Shown: piece after piece, positions 51,859 through 63,548 of the stretch
Numbering within the stretch: the first letter of the stretch is position 1
Layout: each line of letters begins with the position of its first letter
Origin: Opitutales bacterium
Lineage (GTDB): Bacteria > Verrucomicrobiota > Verrucomicrobiia > Opitutales > PNEW01
NCBI GenBank assembly: GCA_965197745.1
Contig: CBDANS010000006.1
Span: 1,024,001-1,088,000 of the forward strand
Reading direction: 5' to 3'
DNA: 64,000 nucleotides
Notes under the pieces: generated by a model
What the model was told of the DNA's origin: nothing
The model's database searches: none
What the model saw: the letters and a program-made list of their open reading frames with translations, nothing else
Position numbers and translations under genes: made by a program

Positions 51859-53720
51859 GAGTAGGATCCCAGCAACCTTATGAGGTTATAATCTGTGGGG
51901 CCGGCCATGCCGGTTGTGAAGCGGCGCTGGCTTCCGCCCGCATGGGCGCGGAGTCTCTTATCCTCACCGGTAATTGTGATACCATTGCGCAGATGAGCTG
52001 CAACCCGGCGATTGGGGGTCAGGCCAAGGGACATATGGTGAGAGAAATCGACGCCCTCGGCGGAGAGATGGCCATTAATACCGATACTACAGGAATACAA
52101 TTTCGGCTCCTTAACCGGTCTCGGGGACCCGCGGTGCAGGCGCCACGTGCGCAGTGTGATAAAAAGGCCTACCAGTTTCGCATGAAACACAGCCTGGAAT
52201 TGCAAAAAAATCTGACCCTGTTTCAGGTGCTGGTCACCGGCCTCATCGCTAAAGAAGGGCGTGTCGTCGGTGTACGCACGAATCTGGGGGTCGATTTCTA
52301 TGGGAAAAATGTCGTCGTCACCACCGGCACCTTTCTCCGCGGCTTAATGCATGTTGGCGCCAATAAGAATGAAGGGGGAAGGATGGGGGACTTCAGCGCG
52401 AAAGGGCTTTCGGCCAGTTTTCTTGAAGCGGGAATCGAACTCGAGCGACTGAAAACCGGGACGCCGCCGAGAATTCTCGGGCAGAGCATCAATTTTACCG
52501 ATCTCGAGGAACAGAAAGGGGACGAGGACATCGCGCTCTTTGCCTTCTATGATCAGCGGGATAAAGATGAATTGTTCCACGTGGAACATTCCGGGCAAAA
52601 GCGGGAGGGATGGACCCCCGGAGAAGATCAGGTCTCCTGCTGGATCACCTATACCACTGAGGAGACGGAACGGATCGTCCGGGACAATCTTTCCCAGTCG
52701 GCGATGTATAGCGGTGAGGTAACCGGAGTGGGGCCACGTTATTGCCCCAGCATCGAGGACAAAATAGTGCGCTTCGCGGACAAGCCCCGGCACCGCTTAT
52801 TTTTGGAGCCCGAGGGGCGTCACACCGATGAATGGTACATCAACGGCCTCTCCACCAGTCTCCCGCTGGAGGTGCAGATTCCCATGATACAATCGATTAC
52901 CGGCCTGGAGCAGGCTGTGATTATGCGGCCCGCCTATGCCGTAGAATACGATTTTGCGCCCCCCACCCAGCTACACCCCTCCCTGGAATCAAAAAAAGTG
53001 GAGAATCTGTTTTTTGCCGGTCAGATAAATGGGACTTCCGGCTATGAGGAAGCGGCTGCCCAGGGGCTGGTCGCCGGGATCAATGCCGTTTTAAAATTAC
53101 GAAATGAAGACCCCTTGATCGTAGGACGCCACGAGGGTTATCTCGGGGTGCTCATCGATGATCTCGTGACAAAAGGAACGAGCGAACCCTACCGGATGTT
53201 CACCAGTCGGGCCGAATACCGGCTACTATTTAACCACGGCAGTGCCGATATACGTCTTATTCATCACGCCGAAAAGTACAACCTTATTAATGACAAAAGA
53301 AAAACTAAGGTAAATCTTAAGAAAATAGCCGTTCTGTCCTGGCTGGACCGCCTGGAGAGTGAAAGCGGTGAAGGGGGTAAGTTCGGCGACTGGATTCGAC
53401 GGGGAGGTGATGAAGGGGTCTTGCCCGATGAATATAAGGTTTTGAATCAACCGATCCGCGAAGAAATTCTATACCGCATCCGCTACCAGGGCTACCTCCA
53501 GAGAGAACTCAAGCTGATCGAAAGGATGAGGAATTTGGAACGGATTAAAATTCCAAAAGGTTTTGATTATCAAGAAATTAAAGGATTAAGGAAGGAGGGA
53601 GCCCAGAAACTGGAAAGGGTGCGCCCCTTCAGCCTGGGTCAAGCCAGTCGTATAAGTGGCGTGAACCCTGCCGACATCAGTATTCTTATGGTGGCAATCG
53701 GGGCCTATCGTCCTGAATAA
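51855..53720 (+). CDS. mnmG: tRNA uridine 5-carboxymethylaminomethyl modification enzyme
   Basis: GAGHAGCEAA, MSCNPAIGG, LKTGTPPR, GPRYCPSIEDK and GQINGTSGYEEAAAQG motifs; ATGA overlap with mnmE. Confidence 0.97.
   Translation: MRVGSQQPYEVIICGAGHAGCEAALASARMGAESLILTGNCDTIAQMSCNPAIGGQAKGHMVREIDALGGEMAINTDTTGIQFRLLNRSRGPAVQAPRAQCDKKAYQFRMKHSLELQKNLTLFQVLVTGLIAKEGRVVGVRTNLGVDFYGKNVVVTTGTFLRGLMHVGANKNEGGRMGDFSAKGLSASFLEAGIELERLKTGTPPRILGQSINFTDLEEQKGDEDIALFAFYDQRDKDELFHVEHSGQKREGWTPGEDQVSCWITYTTEETERIVRDNLSQSAMYSGEVTGVGPRYCPSIEDKIVRFADKPRHRLFLEPEGRHTDEWYINGLSTSLPLEVQIPMIQSITGLEQAVIMRPAYAVEYDFAPPTQLHPSLESKKVENLFFAGQINGTSGYEEAAAQGLVAGINAVLKLRNEDPLIVGRHEGYLGVLIDDLVTKGTSEPYRMFTSRAEYRLLFNHGSADIRLIHHAEKYNLINDKRKTKVNLKKIAVLSWLDRLESESGEGGKFGDWIRRGGDEGVLPDEYKVLNQPIREEILYRIRYQGYLQRELKLIERMRNLERIKIPKGFDYQEIKGLRKEGAQKLERVRPFSLGQASRISGVNPADISILMVAIGAYRPE
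52573..52588. other. parS centromere-like site
   Basis: Perfect palindrome TGTTCCACGTGGAACA matching the ParB-binding consensus. Confidence 0.85.
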
Positions 53721-53872
53721 TCTATAAAGCGTCAGTCTGTCACAGAAAGTGAGTGTATGTAATCAGCGGGTTTAGATTGGGTAAAAATGGCACTATTATT
53801 TTATAAATCGTTGAATACTATATGTTTATTAAAAAATAGCGGGAAACCCGTTTACGTGATGGGTAAGGGGAG

Positions 53873-54463
53873 ATGAAAGCGTCTTACCAGAGTGTCCTCG
53901 AACGGGAGAAAGCGAGACGGGTACGGCTGGCTGAACAATGTGGGGAGCTGATTCCGGAGAGCTCCTCGATTGTTCTCGAAATCGGATGTGGGCACGGCCA
54001 TTTTTTAGCGGCCTACGCGGAGTCACATCCCCGGGATTACTGCGTTGGGATAGACTTGATAAACAAGCGCTTGGAGAAATCAAACCGGAAACGCGAAAAG
54101 GGGAGGCTGGAAAATTTGCATTTTCTCAAAGCGGAGGGAAACGAATTTCTCGATGCCCTCCCGCCGGGGGTGCAGCTCGAGAGAATATTTATTATCTTTC
54201 CTGATCCCTGGCCAAAAAAACGCCATCACAAGCGGCGCCTGATACAAACTGAATTTTTAAATACTCTGGCTTCACACACCCCTCAAGGTGGGGAACTCTA
54301 CTTTCGCACCGATCATCAACCCTATTATGAATGGACGGTATTCATGATTGAGACCCATCCCCTTTGGTCACTAGAGACGGCAACGGCATGGCCATTTGAG
54401 AGAGATACTTTTTTTTCGGAAATTCTCGGACCGCACGCCTCTCTCATAGCCCGGCGGAGATAA
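53873..54463 (+). CDS. trmB: tRNA (guanine-N7)-methyltransferase
   Basis: LEIGCGHG, FPDPWPKKRHHKRR and RTD motifs. Confidence 0.92.
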   Translation: MKASYQSVLEREKARRVRLAEQCGELIPESSSIVLEIGCGHGHFLAAYAESHPRDYCVGIDLINKRLEKSNRKREKGRLENLHFLKAEGNEFLDALPPGVQLERIFIIFPDPWPKKRHHKRRLIQTEFLNTLASHTPQGGELYFRTDHQPYYEWTVFMIETHPLWSLETATAWPFERDTFFSEILGPHASLIARRR

Positions 54464-54692
54464 GCCGGTTATTGCCGACTTTCGAATGGCTATCATGCCT
54501 TAATGATAAATTCAAAATTCACCGCAGAGACGCAAAGCACGCAAAGTTTATGTTTCGAATTTTGGTTTAGTAATGTTCAATAGCTAAATTTCAGAGACAA
54601 TTACGCTTTGAGCTCAGCGCCTCAGCAGTTACTATTTATTTTCTAATTCCTTGAGGACTTAAATCAGTACAGGGATTGGAATTGAAAAGTGT

Positions 54693-54908
54693 TCAAACCC
54701 ATTCAATAAATAGGATAAGAGCCAACTGGCCCAGTATCGCCAGTCCCAGCACACTATAAATAATTAGGGTGAAACGATCCTTGGCAAAGGAGCGTAGGTG
54801 GGAATCCACCTCGGGACCCGCGTTTTTACCCTCCTCGTTTCGCGCGCTGCCCTGGCGGTCGCTTTTCAGTGCATAGAGGCGACTCGTTACATCTTCCGTT
54901 TTTGCCAT
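54693..54908 (-). CDS. Small hypothetical membrane protein
   Basis: 71-aa ORF with a C-terminal TM segment, filling the intergenic gap. Confidence 0.55.
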   Translation of the reverse strand: MAKTEDVTSRLYALKSDRQGSARNEEGKNAGPEVDSHLRSFAKDRFTLIIYSVLGLAILGQLALILFIEWV

Positions 54909-55099
54909 AGATAGTCCTGGAATAAATTCACGGCATTACCATGGGGAGTCAGCGGGGGTTTTAGTATTAGAAATATTAATTTAAAAAATGTGTTGTATAA
55001 TTAATAAGAATATGCTTAAAAATCGGAGATTGACGCTTATCACCTATTATACATTGGTTTTTAAGATTTTAAAATAAAACTTTCACCCTTGAAGAATAG

Positions 55100-55954
55100 A
55101 TGCCAAGAATTGCTGTTTTCTTTTTTATTCTAGCGAGCGCAATGGTTTCGCTGGAGGGAGCTGAGGGGGGGCAGAGTGTATCGCCTTCAGCTTATAAATT
55201 GACAGAAATTATTGGGTTTCCGATCACTAATGCGATACTGACGAGTTGGGTATTTTCCCTGATCATCATTTTAGTTTTTCGCAAATTTGCGGGAAAACCG
55301 AAGCTCATTCCCTCGGCCGGTCAGGCGGTCATAGAAAGCCTGGTTTTGGGAATCAGGGAAATTGTTGTCCCGATTATAGGTAAGCACATGGTTAAACCGG
55401 CATTTCCCCTGCTCATCGGTTTCTTTACCTTTATCCTGATTCAGAACTGGAGCGGATTAATTCCCGGGGTAGGGACCTTTGGATTTTATGATGAGCATGG
55501 CCACCTCAACTACTGGTTTCGTCCCGGCAATGCGGATCTTAATATGACCATAGCCCTAGCCATCGTGGCATTCACCGCATGGGTGTATTTAATATTAAAA
55601 TACGCGGGCCCCAAAGCAATCGCCTACGATCTCTTCGGGAACAAGGCGGAAAAGGGTGAAGTGCCGGCAGCGATCTATTATTTTTTATTTGTCATTTTTT
55701 TCGGCGTCGGATTAATCGAAATTATTTCCATTCTTTTACGACCCGTCTCGTTGTCATTCCGACTTTTTGGAAACATGTTCGGCGGGGAAAATCTTCTCAC
55801 GAGTATGACCGGCCTGGTGGGTTACCTTGTCCCCATACCGTTCTATTTTCTGGAGCTCCTCATCGGGGTGGTGCAGGCCCTTGTCTTCACTCTCCTCGTG
55901 GCCGTATACATTGGGCTCATCTGCAATCATGAAGGAGAGGAACATGCGCACTAA
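55100..55954 (+). CDS. atpB: ATP synthase F0 subunit a
   Basis: [12 protein letters not shown] and VQALVFTLL motifs. Confidence 0.95.
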   Translation: MPRIAVFFFILASAMVSLEGAEGGQSVSPSAYKLTEIIGFPITNAILTSWVFSLIIILVFRKFAGKPKLIPSAGQAVIESLVLGIREIVVPIIGKHMVKPAFPLLIGFFTFILIQNWSGLIPGVGTFGFYDEHGHLNYWFRPGNADLNMTIALAIVAFTAWVYLILKYAGPKAIAYDLFGNKAEKGEVPAAIYYFLFVIFFGVGLIEIISILLRPVSLSFRLFGNMFGGENLLTSMTGLVGYLVPIPFYFLELLIGVVQALVFTLLVAVYIGLICNHEGEEHAH

Positions 55955-56055
55955 GAAAAAAGAAATAGATTTCTCAATCGGGACCATGCCAGCAAAGGCA
56001 GAGCAACGCGCGTGGGCGATTGGGAATTAGTTAAGAATACAAAAAAGGAAAAAAA

Positions 56056-56262
56056 ATGATAATAGATCTAATTGCACAGATAGATGGAAATATACAGGGC
56101 GGTCTCGGCTGTCTTGCCGCTGCTATTGGCGTTGGCCTCGTCGGCGCTAAAGGAGCTGAAGCTGTGGGGCGCAATCCCGGCGCTTCGGGAAAGATTCTCG
56201 TCCAGTCAATTATTGGCATGGCCTTGGCGGAGGCAATTGCCTTTTACGCCCTGTTTCTATAA
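56056..56262 (+). CDS. atpE: ATP synthase F0 subunit c
   Basis: GRNP loop and ALAEA carboxylate; lacks the Na+-binding Q/ES(T) signature, so likely H+-coupled. Confidence 0.94.
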   Translation: MIIDLIAQIDGNIQGGLGCLAAAIGVGLVGAKGAEAVGRNPGASGKILVQSIIGMALAEAIAFYALFL

Positions 56263-56275
56263 ACCAGGATTTGAC

Positions 56276-56303
56276 GCGCGGTCGCGTTAAGGCGCGACCG
56301 CGC
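56276..56303 (+). other. GC-rich hairpin after atpE
   Basis: GCGCGGTCGCG-N6-CGCGACCGCGC, a perfect 11-bp stem with no U-tract. Confidence 0.6.
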
Positions 56304-56324
56304 CTTACCTAAACCTACATTGCT

Positions 56325-56900
56325 ATGATTGAAATGATACCAGTGATTGCCGCACAAGTGGCCGTGGAACATGCAGAGGAGGCCGGTGCCATCAGCGAAC
56401 TCGCCGGTCAATTCGGCGTCGATTGGAAGTTTCTCATCGCGCAGGTGGTTAACTTTTGTTTCGTTGCTTTTCTTCTTTATAAATTTGCCTTCAAACCTGT
56501 TCTCTTATCCATCGACGAACGTCAGAAGAAGATTGCCGACGGGCTGCAGTACGCCGAAGAGATGAAGCGAAAACTGGTCGAGTCGGAACAACAGCAAAAA
56601 GAAACCTTGAAACAAGCGCAGCAGGACGCGCAGAAGATCATCGAAGAAGCGCGTGAGAGCAGTAAAGAGGTAATGGAGAGACAGACCCAGGAGGCTGTCG
56701 CTAAAGCGGAAGATATTCTGGTTAAAGCGCAGGAGTCTATTGAATTGGAGCACACCAAAATGCTCACTGAAGTGCGCCGTGAAATTTCCCGTCTCGTCGT
56801 TCAGACCACGGCGAAAGTGCTTGGCAAGGAATTGTCGGATGAAGAGCGTACAAATTACAGCGAATCGGCGGCTAAAGAACTGACGGCCACCGATTCCTGA
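56325..56900 (+). CDS. atpF: ATP synthase F0 subunit b
   Basis: AQVVNF...KP...DERQKKI followed by a coiled coil. Confidence 0.94.
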   Translation: MIEMIPVIAAQVAVEHAEEAGAISELAGQFGVDWKFLIAQVVNFCFVAFLLYKFAFKPVLLSIDERQKKIADGLQYAEEMKRKLVESEQQQKETLKQAQQDAQKIIEEARESSKEVMERQTQEAVAKAEDILVKAQESIELEHTKMLTEVRREISRLVVQTTAKVLGKELSDEERTNYSESAAKELTATDS

Positions 56901-56912
56901 TCCTTAAATCCC

Positions 56913-57311
56913 ATGCTGAGCTCGAATAAACAACTCGTTCAATACGCTAAAAAGCTGGTGCAGATCAGCCTCGAAAACGGTCAGGTCTCCGAAGAGAAAG
57001 TGAACGCCGTATTACAAAACGTGGTTGGCAGGTCGCCCCGAATGCTGAAAACGGTTCTCAAACTCTATCTTTATTTTCTTAAAAGAGAGCTGCGCAAAAG
57101 CCAGGCCGTTATCGAGTACTCCGGTGAGATTTCTCCTGACAGCGTCGCCGCCATTGAAAAAAATTTATCCGAACGTTATGGTCGAACGGTTACCGCGACC
57201 TTATCTGAAAATCCAGAGTTAATCGCCGGCCTGCGCGTCAGTGTCGCCGATGATGTTTACGACGCTACAGTTGCAGGCAACCTCAATAATCTTTCCCAAT
57301 CAGTAAATTGA
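56913..57311 (+). CDS. atpH: ATP synthase delta subunit (short form)
   Basis: YAKKL start, NPELIAGLRVSVADDVYD C-terminus and position in the operon. Confidence 0.88.
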   Translation: MLSSNKQLVQYAKKLVQISLENGQVSEEKVNAVLQNVVGRSPRMLKTVLKLYLYFLKRELRKSQAVIEYSGEISPDSVAAIEKNLSERYGRTVTATLSENPELIAGLRVSVADDVYDATVAGNLNNLSQSVN

Positions 57312-57345
57312 TGTCTAATAGAAAGCTTTAATAAAAAAATAAGAT

Positions 57346-58878
57346 ATGAGCACAATCATTGAACAGATCGAAGAGGAAATCGCGAAGTTGGAAACAACGA
57401 CGGTAAAAGAGAATACCGGTAACATAATCTCGGTGGCCGATGGAGTGGCTAAAATAGATGGGCTCTCCGAGGTCATGTATAACGAGATGATCGAATTTCC
57501 CGGTAATATCTACGGCATTGCCTTAAACCTTGAAGAGGATGAAGTAGGCACCGTCATCCTCGGTGACCCCAGTCACCTTAAAGAGGGCGATGAAGTCAAA
57601 ACTACCGGACGACTCCTCTCTGTTCCTGTGGGCAAGGCGTTGCTCGGACGCGTCGTCGATGCCACCGGTGAACCCTTAGATGGAAAGGGTCCGATTGCCA
57701 CCGATGAGACCTATCCGGTTGAGAAAATAGCGCCCGGAATTTTACCCCGAGAGTCTGTCAATCAACCGGTACAAACGGGGATCATGCCCATTGATGTCAT
57801 GACCCCGGTGGGTCGGGGCCAACGTGAACTTATCATTGGCGACCGTTCAACGGGCAAAACCACGATCGCTATCGACACCATTATCAACCAGGCTAAGATC
57901 AACAAGCAAGGTGAAGCAAGTGGGGATGCCGACTTCAGACCGCTTTACTCCATATACGTCGCCATCGGTCAGAAAAACGCGAACATTGCGCGGACCCTTG
58001 GTGTGCTCGAAAATCATGGCGCCTTGGAATACACTATCATTGTCACCGCCCCCGCGTCAGATAATCCCGCGAACCAGTATATCGCTCCTTATTCCGGGTG
58101 TGCCATGGGCGAGTGGTTCCTCGAAAATGGTATGGATGCCCTGATAGTTTACGATGATCTTTCGAAGCACGCAGTCGCTTATCGCCATATATCACTGATT
58201 CTTAAAAGACCGTCCGGGCGCGAAGCTTTTCCCGGCGATGTGTTCTACCTCCACTCACGCCTCCTGGAGCGTTCTGCGCGTCTCAATGAAGATAATGGCA
58301 ACGGGTCGCTTACCGCCCTGCCCATTATTGAAACGCAGGCGAGCGATGTTTCGGCTTATATTCCGACAAATGTCATATCGATCACCGACGGTCAGATTTA
58401 TCTCGAGCCCGATCTCTTTAACCAGGGAATACGTCCGGCTATCTCGGTCGGGCTTTCTGTCTCCCGTGTGGGATCTGCCGCGCAGATTAAAGCGATCAAA
58501 CAGGTAGCGGGAAAAGTAAAACTCGAGCTGGCGCAATTCGGTGAGCTTCAAGCCTTCGCCCAGTTCGGATCCGATCTCGATGCCAGGACCAAGGCTCAAC
58601 TCGACCGGGGATCACGGATTGTTGAACTCTTTAAGCAACCGGCATTTTCATCGATACCCGTTGAAATACAACTGGGCTTACTCTGGACCATGCAGAACGG
58701 TTATTTCGATGATATCGAAGTGAGTAAAATCGTTGCCGCGAGTGAGAACCTGCAGGAGTTTTTCAGCTCACGTAAGGGCGATTTGATGAGCAAGGTCCTG
58801 GCTGAAAAAGAGCTGACCGATGAAATAGAAGAGGGCCTTAAAACAGCGATTGAAGAATGGAAGTTAACATTCAGCTGA
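57346..58878 (+). CDS. atpA: ATP synthase F1 alpha subunit
   Basis: [17 protein letters not shown] and [19 protein letters not shown] motifs. Confidence 0.98.
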   Translation: MSTIIEQIEEEIAKLETTTVKENTGNIISVADGVAKIDGLSEVMYNEMIEFPGNIYGIALNLEEDEVGTVILGDPSHLKEGDEVKTTGRLLSVPVGKALLGRVVDATGEPLDGKGPIATDETYPVEKIAPGILPRESVNQPVQTGIMPIDVMTPVGRGQRELIIGDRSTGKTTIAIDTIINQAKINKQGEASGDADFRPLYSIYVAIGQKNANIARTLGVLENHGALEYTIIVTAPASDNPANQYIAPYSGCAMGEWFLENGMDALIVYDDLSKHAVAYRHISLILKRPSGREAFPGDVFYLHSRLLERSARLNEDNGNGSLTALPIIETQASDVSAYIPTNVISITDGQIYLEPDLFNQGIRPAISVGLSVSRVGSAAQIKAIKQVAGKVKLELAQFGELQAFAQFGSDLDARTKAQLDRGSRIVELFKQPAFSSIPVEIQLGLLWTMQNGYFDDIEVSKIVAASENLQEFFSSRKGDLMSKVLAEKELTDEIEEGLKTAIEEWKLTFS

Positions 58879-58881
58879 TTC

Positions 58882-58920
58882 AATTCCTAATTCATCATTC
58901 CTAATTTTTAATTCTTAATC
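58882..58920 (+). repeat. Heptamer array 1 (consensus AATTCMT)
   Basis: AATTCCT AATTCAT CATTCCT AATTTTT AATTCTT, between atpA and atpG. Confidence 0.85.
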
Positions 58921-58927
58921 TAACCCA

Positions 58928-59806
58928 ATGGCCAATACCCGCGATATCAGGCGACGTATCAAGTCGGTAAAAAACACCGCTCAGATTACACGAGCGATGC
59001 AGCTTGTCGCGGCTTCTAAAATGAAACGCGCCCAGGAAAGTGCCTTAGCCGGACGACCCTATGCTGTGTTGCTGGCGGAAATATTGAGCAAGTTGGGAGG
59101 AAGGGTGAGTGATATAAAACATCCTTTTCTTGAAGAGCGTGAGGTTACCACGCGCGGTATTCTTGTCGTCAGCACCGACAAAGGACTTTGCGGCGCCCTC
59201 AACTCCAATGTTTTTCGTCGCATCACGGAAATAGAAGGTGAGGCCCGGTTTGTCGCCATTGGCCGTAAAGCTTCACAATTCCTCAGCCGGACGCGTCGGG
59301 AACTGCTCGCTGAATTTACCATTTCTGATCGTGTCCCCTTTTCTGAGGTGCGATTGCCCGTCGAGTTTTTGATTAATGCTTACCTTGAAGGTAGTGTGGA
59401 TACGGTAGAATTACTCTATCCGCGATACGTTAATCCTCTTGTTCAGGACCCGATACTTTATCCCCTTATACCGATCGAGAACTTGACCAGTGTCATAGAT
59501 AAACTGGGTCATCAATTGGGTGAAGCCCCGCTTGCTGACGATGAGCGTGAAATTCATTTCGAACCCGAAGCCGGGACCATCCTGGGAGAGCTCCTTCCCC
59601 TGTTTATCAAACAGCAGGTTTACCAGACCGTCCTCGAAGCAAAAGCTTCCGAACACAGTGCGCGAATGGTTGCCATGAAATCCGCGACAGACAATGCCAA
59701 CAGCCTCGTCGATGATCTTTCGCTGCAATATAACAAAGCACGCCAGGCTGCGATCACTCAGGAAATTCTCGAAATCTCAGCGGCGACGAGCGCCGCAGCA
59801 AATTAG
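58928..59806 (+). CDS. atpG: ATP synthase F1 gamma subunit
   Basis: ITRAMQLVAASK, DKGLCG, SEHSARMVAM and RQAAITQEI motifs. Confidence 0.97.
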   Translation: MANTRDIRRRIKSVKNTAQITRAMQLVAASKMKRAQESALAGRPYAVLLAEILSKLGGRVSDIKHPFLEEREVTTRGILVVSTDKGLCGALNSNVFRRITEIEGEARFVAIGRKASQFLSRTRRELLAEFTISDRVPFSEVRLPVEFLINAYLEGSVDTVELLYPRYVNPLVQDPILYPLIPIENLTSVIDKLGHQLGEAPLADDEREIHFEPEAGTILGELLPLFIKQQVYQTVLEAKASEHSARMVAMKSATDNANSLVDDLSLQYNKARQAAITQEILEISAATSAAAN

Positions 59807-59925
59807 GAATTATGAAGTAAGAATTATGAATGAAGAATTTAACTCGAAATAATTAAATTAGCTCCATCTAAGTAACCAAAAAAAAATCAAAAAAATACTT
59901 AATTCAACATTCATAATTCCTAATT
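59801..59925. repeat. Heptamer arrays 2 (inverted) and 3, forming a long hairpin
   Basis: 59805-59839 AGGAATT ATGAAGT AAGAATT ATGAATG AAGAATT; 59894-59925 AATACTT AATTCAA CATTCAT AATTCCT AATT; 16-bp perfect complementarity at the outer ends. Confidence 0.88.
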
Positions 59926-59933
59926 AACTATTA

Positions 59934-60281
59934 GTGAGTGACGATCTTGATTTAAAAGAGAGAACCTTAAATTTTGCGCGACAGATTATAAAATACTATA
60001 CGACACTACCAAAGACAGCAGATGCACAAGTTATTGGAAAACAAATGCTCAGTTCGGGAACTTCGATTGGAGCCAATTATCGCGAAGCCTATCGCGCACG
60101 TTCGAAGGCCGAGTTTATTGCGAAAATGGGAGACTGCCTGAAAGAACTCGATGAAACCGACTATTGGCTGGAACTAATAGAAAAACAAAACCACATCACA
60201 TCAAAAAAACCAGAATCCATTCGCGACGAAACAAATCAGTTAATAGCTATTTTCGTAACCATAATAAAAAAAACAAAATCC

Positions 60282-60290
<9 letters not shown>
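59934..60290 (+). CDS. Four-helix-bundle protein (23S rRNA intervening-sequence protein / Avd-like fold)
   Basis: LKERT..FA...QMLSSGTSIGANYREA..A.S..EFIAK....LKELDET.YWLEL family pattern. Confidence 0.9.
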
Positions 60291-61744
<1,454 letters not shown>

Positions 61745-61774
61745 AGGGTTTTATGCTTAAGGATACTTTGATCT

Positions 61775-62188
61775 ATGTCACTGCTGATTGAAATAGTTAC
61801 ACCTGAAAAAGTCGTTTTCAGTGATAAGGCCGACTCGGTTGTCTTACCGACAACCGAAGGGGAACTGGGGGTCCTCGCCGGACATATTCCCCTCCTCACT
61901 GCACTGGCTCCTGGAGAGTTGCAGGTTCTTACCGAGGGGAAAACCGAATACCTCACTGTGGACAAGGGTTTCGCGCAGGTCTTGGGGGATAAGGTGTCGG
62001 TCCTTACCGAAGGTGCGATAGATGTCGAAGCGATTGATCTATCCGCGGTGGAAGATGCGCAATTACGAGCGGAGAAAGCGCTCGCCGAAGCGGCGGATCA
62101 GAAATTGGATCCTGCGGAGGTTGAACAATTGGAAACGATAGTCCGGTTCTCCCTCGCGCAAAAGCTGGCCAAAGAAAGAAGGCCTTAG
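61775..62188 (+). CDS. atpC: ATP synthase F1 epsilon subunit
   Basis: IVTPE, GELGVLAGH and GFA motifs. Confidence 0.95.
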   Translation: MSLLIEIVTPEKVVFSDKADSVVLPTTEGELGVLAGHIPLLTALAPGELQVLTEGKTEYLTVDKGFAQVLGDKVSVLTEGAIDVEAIDLSAVEDAQLRAEKALAEAADQKLDPAEVEQLETIVRFSLAQKLAKERRP

Positions 62189-62231
62189 GTCTTTAATCCT
62201 TAAAGATTATTCTGAAACAAAAAATAATTGT

Positions 62232-62966
62232 ATGAAAAATCCTGTTCGTGAAAAACTAAGCCGGGGTAAAGTCTCGATCGGCTCATGGCTCAATCTCGGC
62301 TCGCCCCTGGCGGGCGAAGTGATGGCTGATGCTGGATTTGAATGGCTGACCGTCGATGCCGAACACACGGCTTATGACCTCTCGCTCATTGCCGATACTT
62401 TTCGCGGTATTGATGCCCGCGGTGCGGTCTCCTTTGTTCGCGCCTGGGACCACGATCCGGTAACCATGGCCCGGCTTCTCGACGCCGGAGCCTACGGTAT
62501 TGTCATTCCCCATGTCAGCACTCCCGAGCAAGCGGCAGGTATCGCGAGTGCCATGCGCTACCCACCGGTGGGTATACGCTCCAGTGGAACCGGACGGATG
62601 GCGACTTTTGGCAGTGATTATAAGGCGACGGCCAACGATGAAATCATGTGCATGCCGCAAATCGAAGACATGGAAGGGATCAATAACGCCGAGGCAATCA
62701 TGTCCCTGGAAGGGGTAGATGTCGGCTTTCTCGGACCCGGTGACCTGTCCATGTCCATGGGGCTGGAACCGGGCCATCCCGACCATGAAGCCGCCATCCA
62801 GAAATTTTTGGCCGCCTGTAAAAAAATGGGAAAGCCCGCTGGAATTCCCACCTCTTTTGAAGCAGCCCAGCAGCGGATTGATGAAGGTTTTCTCATGATT
62901 GATGTTTCCAACGAGCTCGCAATTCTCTCGGGAGCGGCCCGTAAGATGGTGGAAGCATTGCGTTAA
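62232..62966 (+). CDS. HpcH/HpaI-family aldolase
   Basis: VDAEH, LLDAGA, RYPPVG, PQIE and GPGDL motifs. Confidence 0.9.
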   Translation: MKNPVREKLSRGKVSIGSWLNLGSPLAGEVMADAGFEWLTVDAEHTAYDLSLIADTFRGIDARGAVSFVRAWDHDPVTMARLLDAGAYGIVIPHVSTPEQAAGIASAMRYPPVGIRSSGTGRMATFGSDYKATANDEIMCMPQIEDMEGINNAEAIMSLEGVDVGFLGPGDLSMSMGLEPGHPDHEAAIQKFLAACKKMGKPAGIPTSFEAAQQRIDEGFLMIDVSNELAILSGAARKMVEALR

Positions 62967-63050
62967 TCCTGTCCTGGGGGACAGGACAAAGACTGTTATT
63001 AATCTTGCCTCGATATTCGAGGGGCGTTGTTTATTATCACCTGTCTTTAA

Positions 63051-63126
63051 GGGCCCTTAGCTCAGTGGTTAGAGCAGAGGACTCATAATCCTTTGGTCGC
63101 AGGTTCGAATCCTGCAGGGCCCACCA
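63051..63126 (+). tRNA. tRNA with CAT anticodon, probably tRNA-Ile2 (lysidine type)
   Basis: 76-nt cloverleaf GGGCCCT...CTCATAA...TTCGAAT...AGGGCCC-ACCA; paired 1-72 and no triple G-C anticodon stem, so not an initiator; resembles ileX-type sequences. Confidence 0.9.
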
Positions 63127-63548
63127 CTGGTAATCAATAGGTTATATAATTATAGAAAATCTATAAAATTTTGTCTGGTGCATATTCAGTTATCTGAAGG
63201 CTTACTTTAAGGGCATTGATTACGTTTTTCAAAGTATCCATTTCACAGTTGCCCACCCTAATATCCGACAAAATACTTAAAAAATATTGTAGTCATAAGG
63301 AGGGGGCGGGGATTCAGCAAAACCACATCCTCCAATATACCTTATTCATAAACCCGTATGCAGAATATCCCCCTTCCTACCCCAAGAGTCTAACACCACC
63401 CCAGCCCCAGCTCAGTGCTGACGGGTGCTGTGAAGGCGTGAGAGCATTTTGATGTGCTGGGTATACCTGGCCCCCTTGGGTTATATATTCGTTTGTTAAT
63501 TGCTACTCTAACGGTTGCCTAAAATTGGAAACTGATAAAGTTATTAGA

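Noticed and set aside
63051..63126. Calling the CAT tRNA an initiator or elongator Met tRNA
   Set aside because: It lacks the initiator hallmarks, and its sequence resembles Ile2-type tRNAs more than elongator Met.
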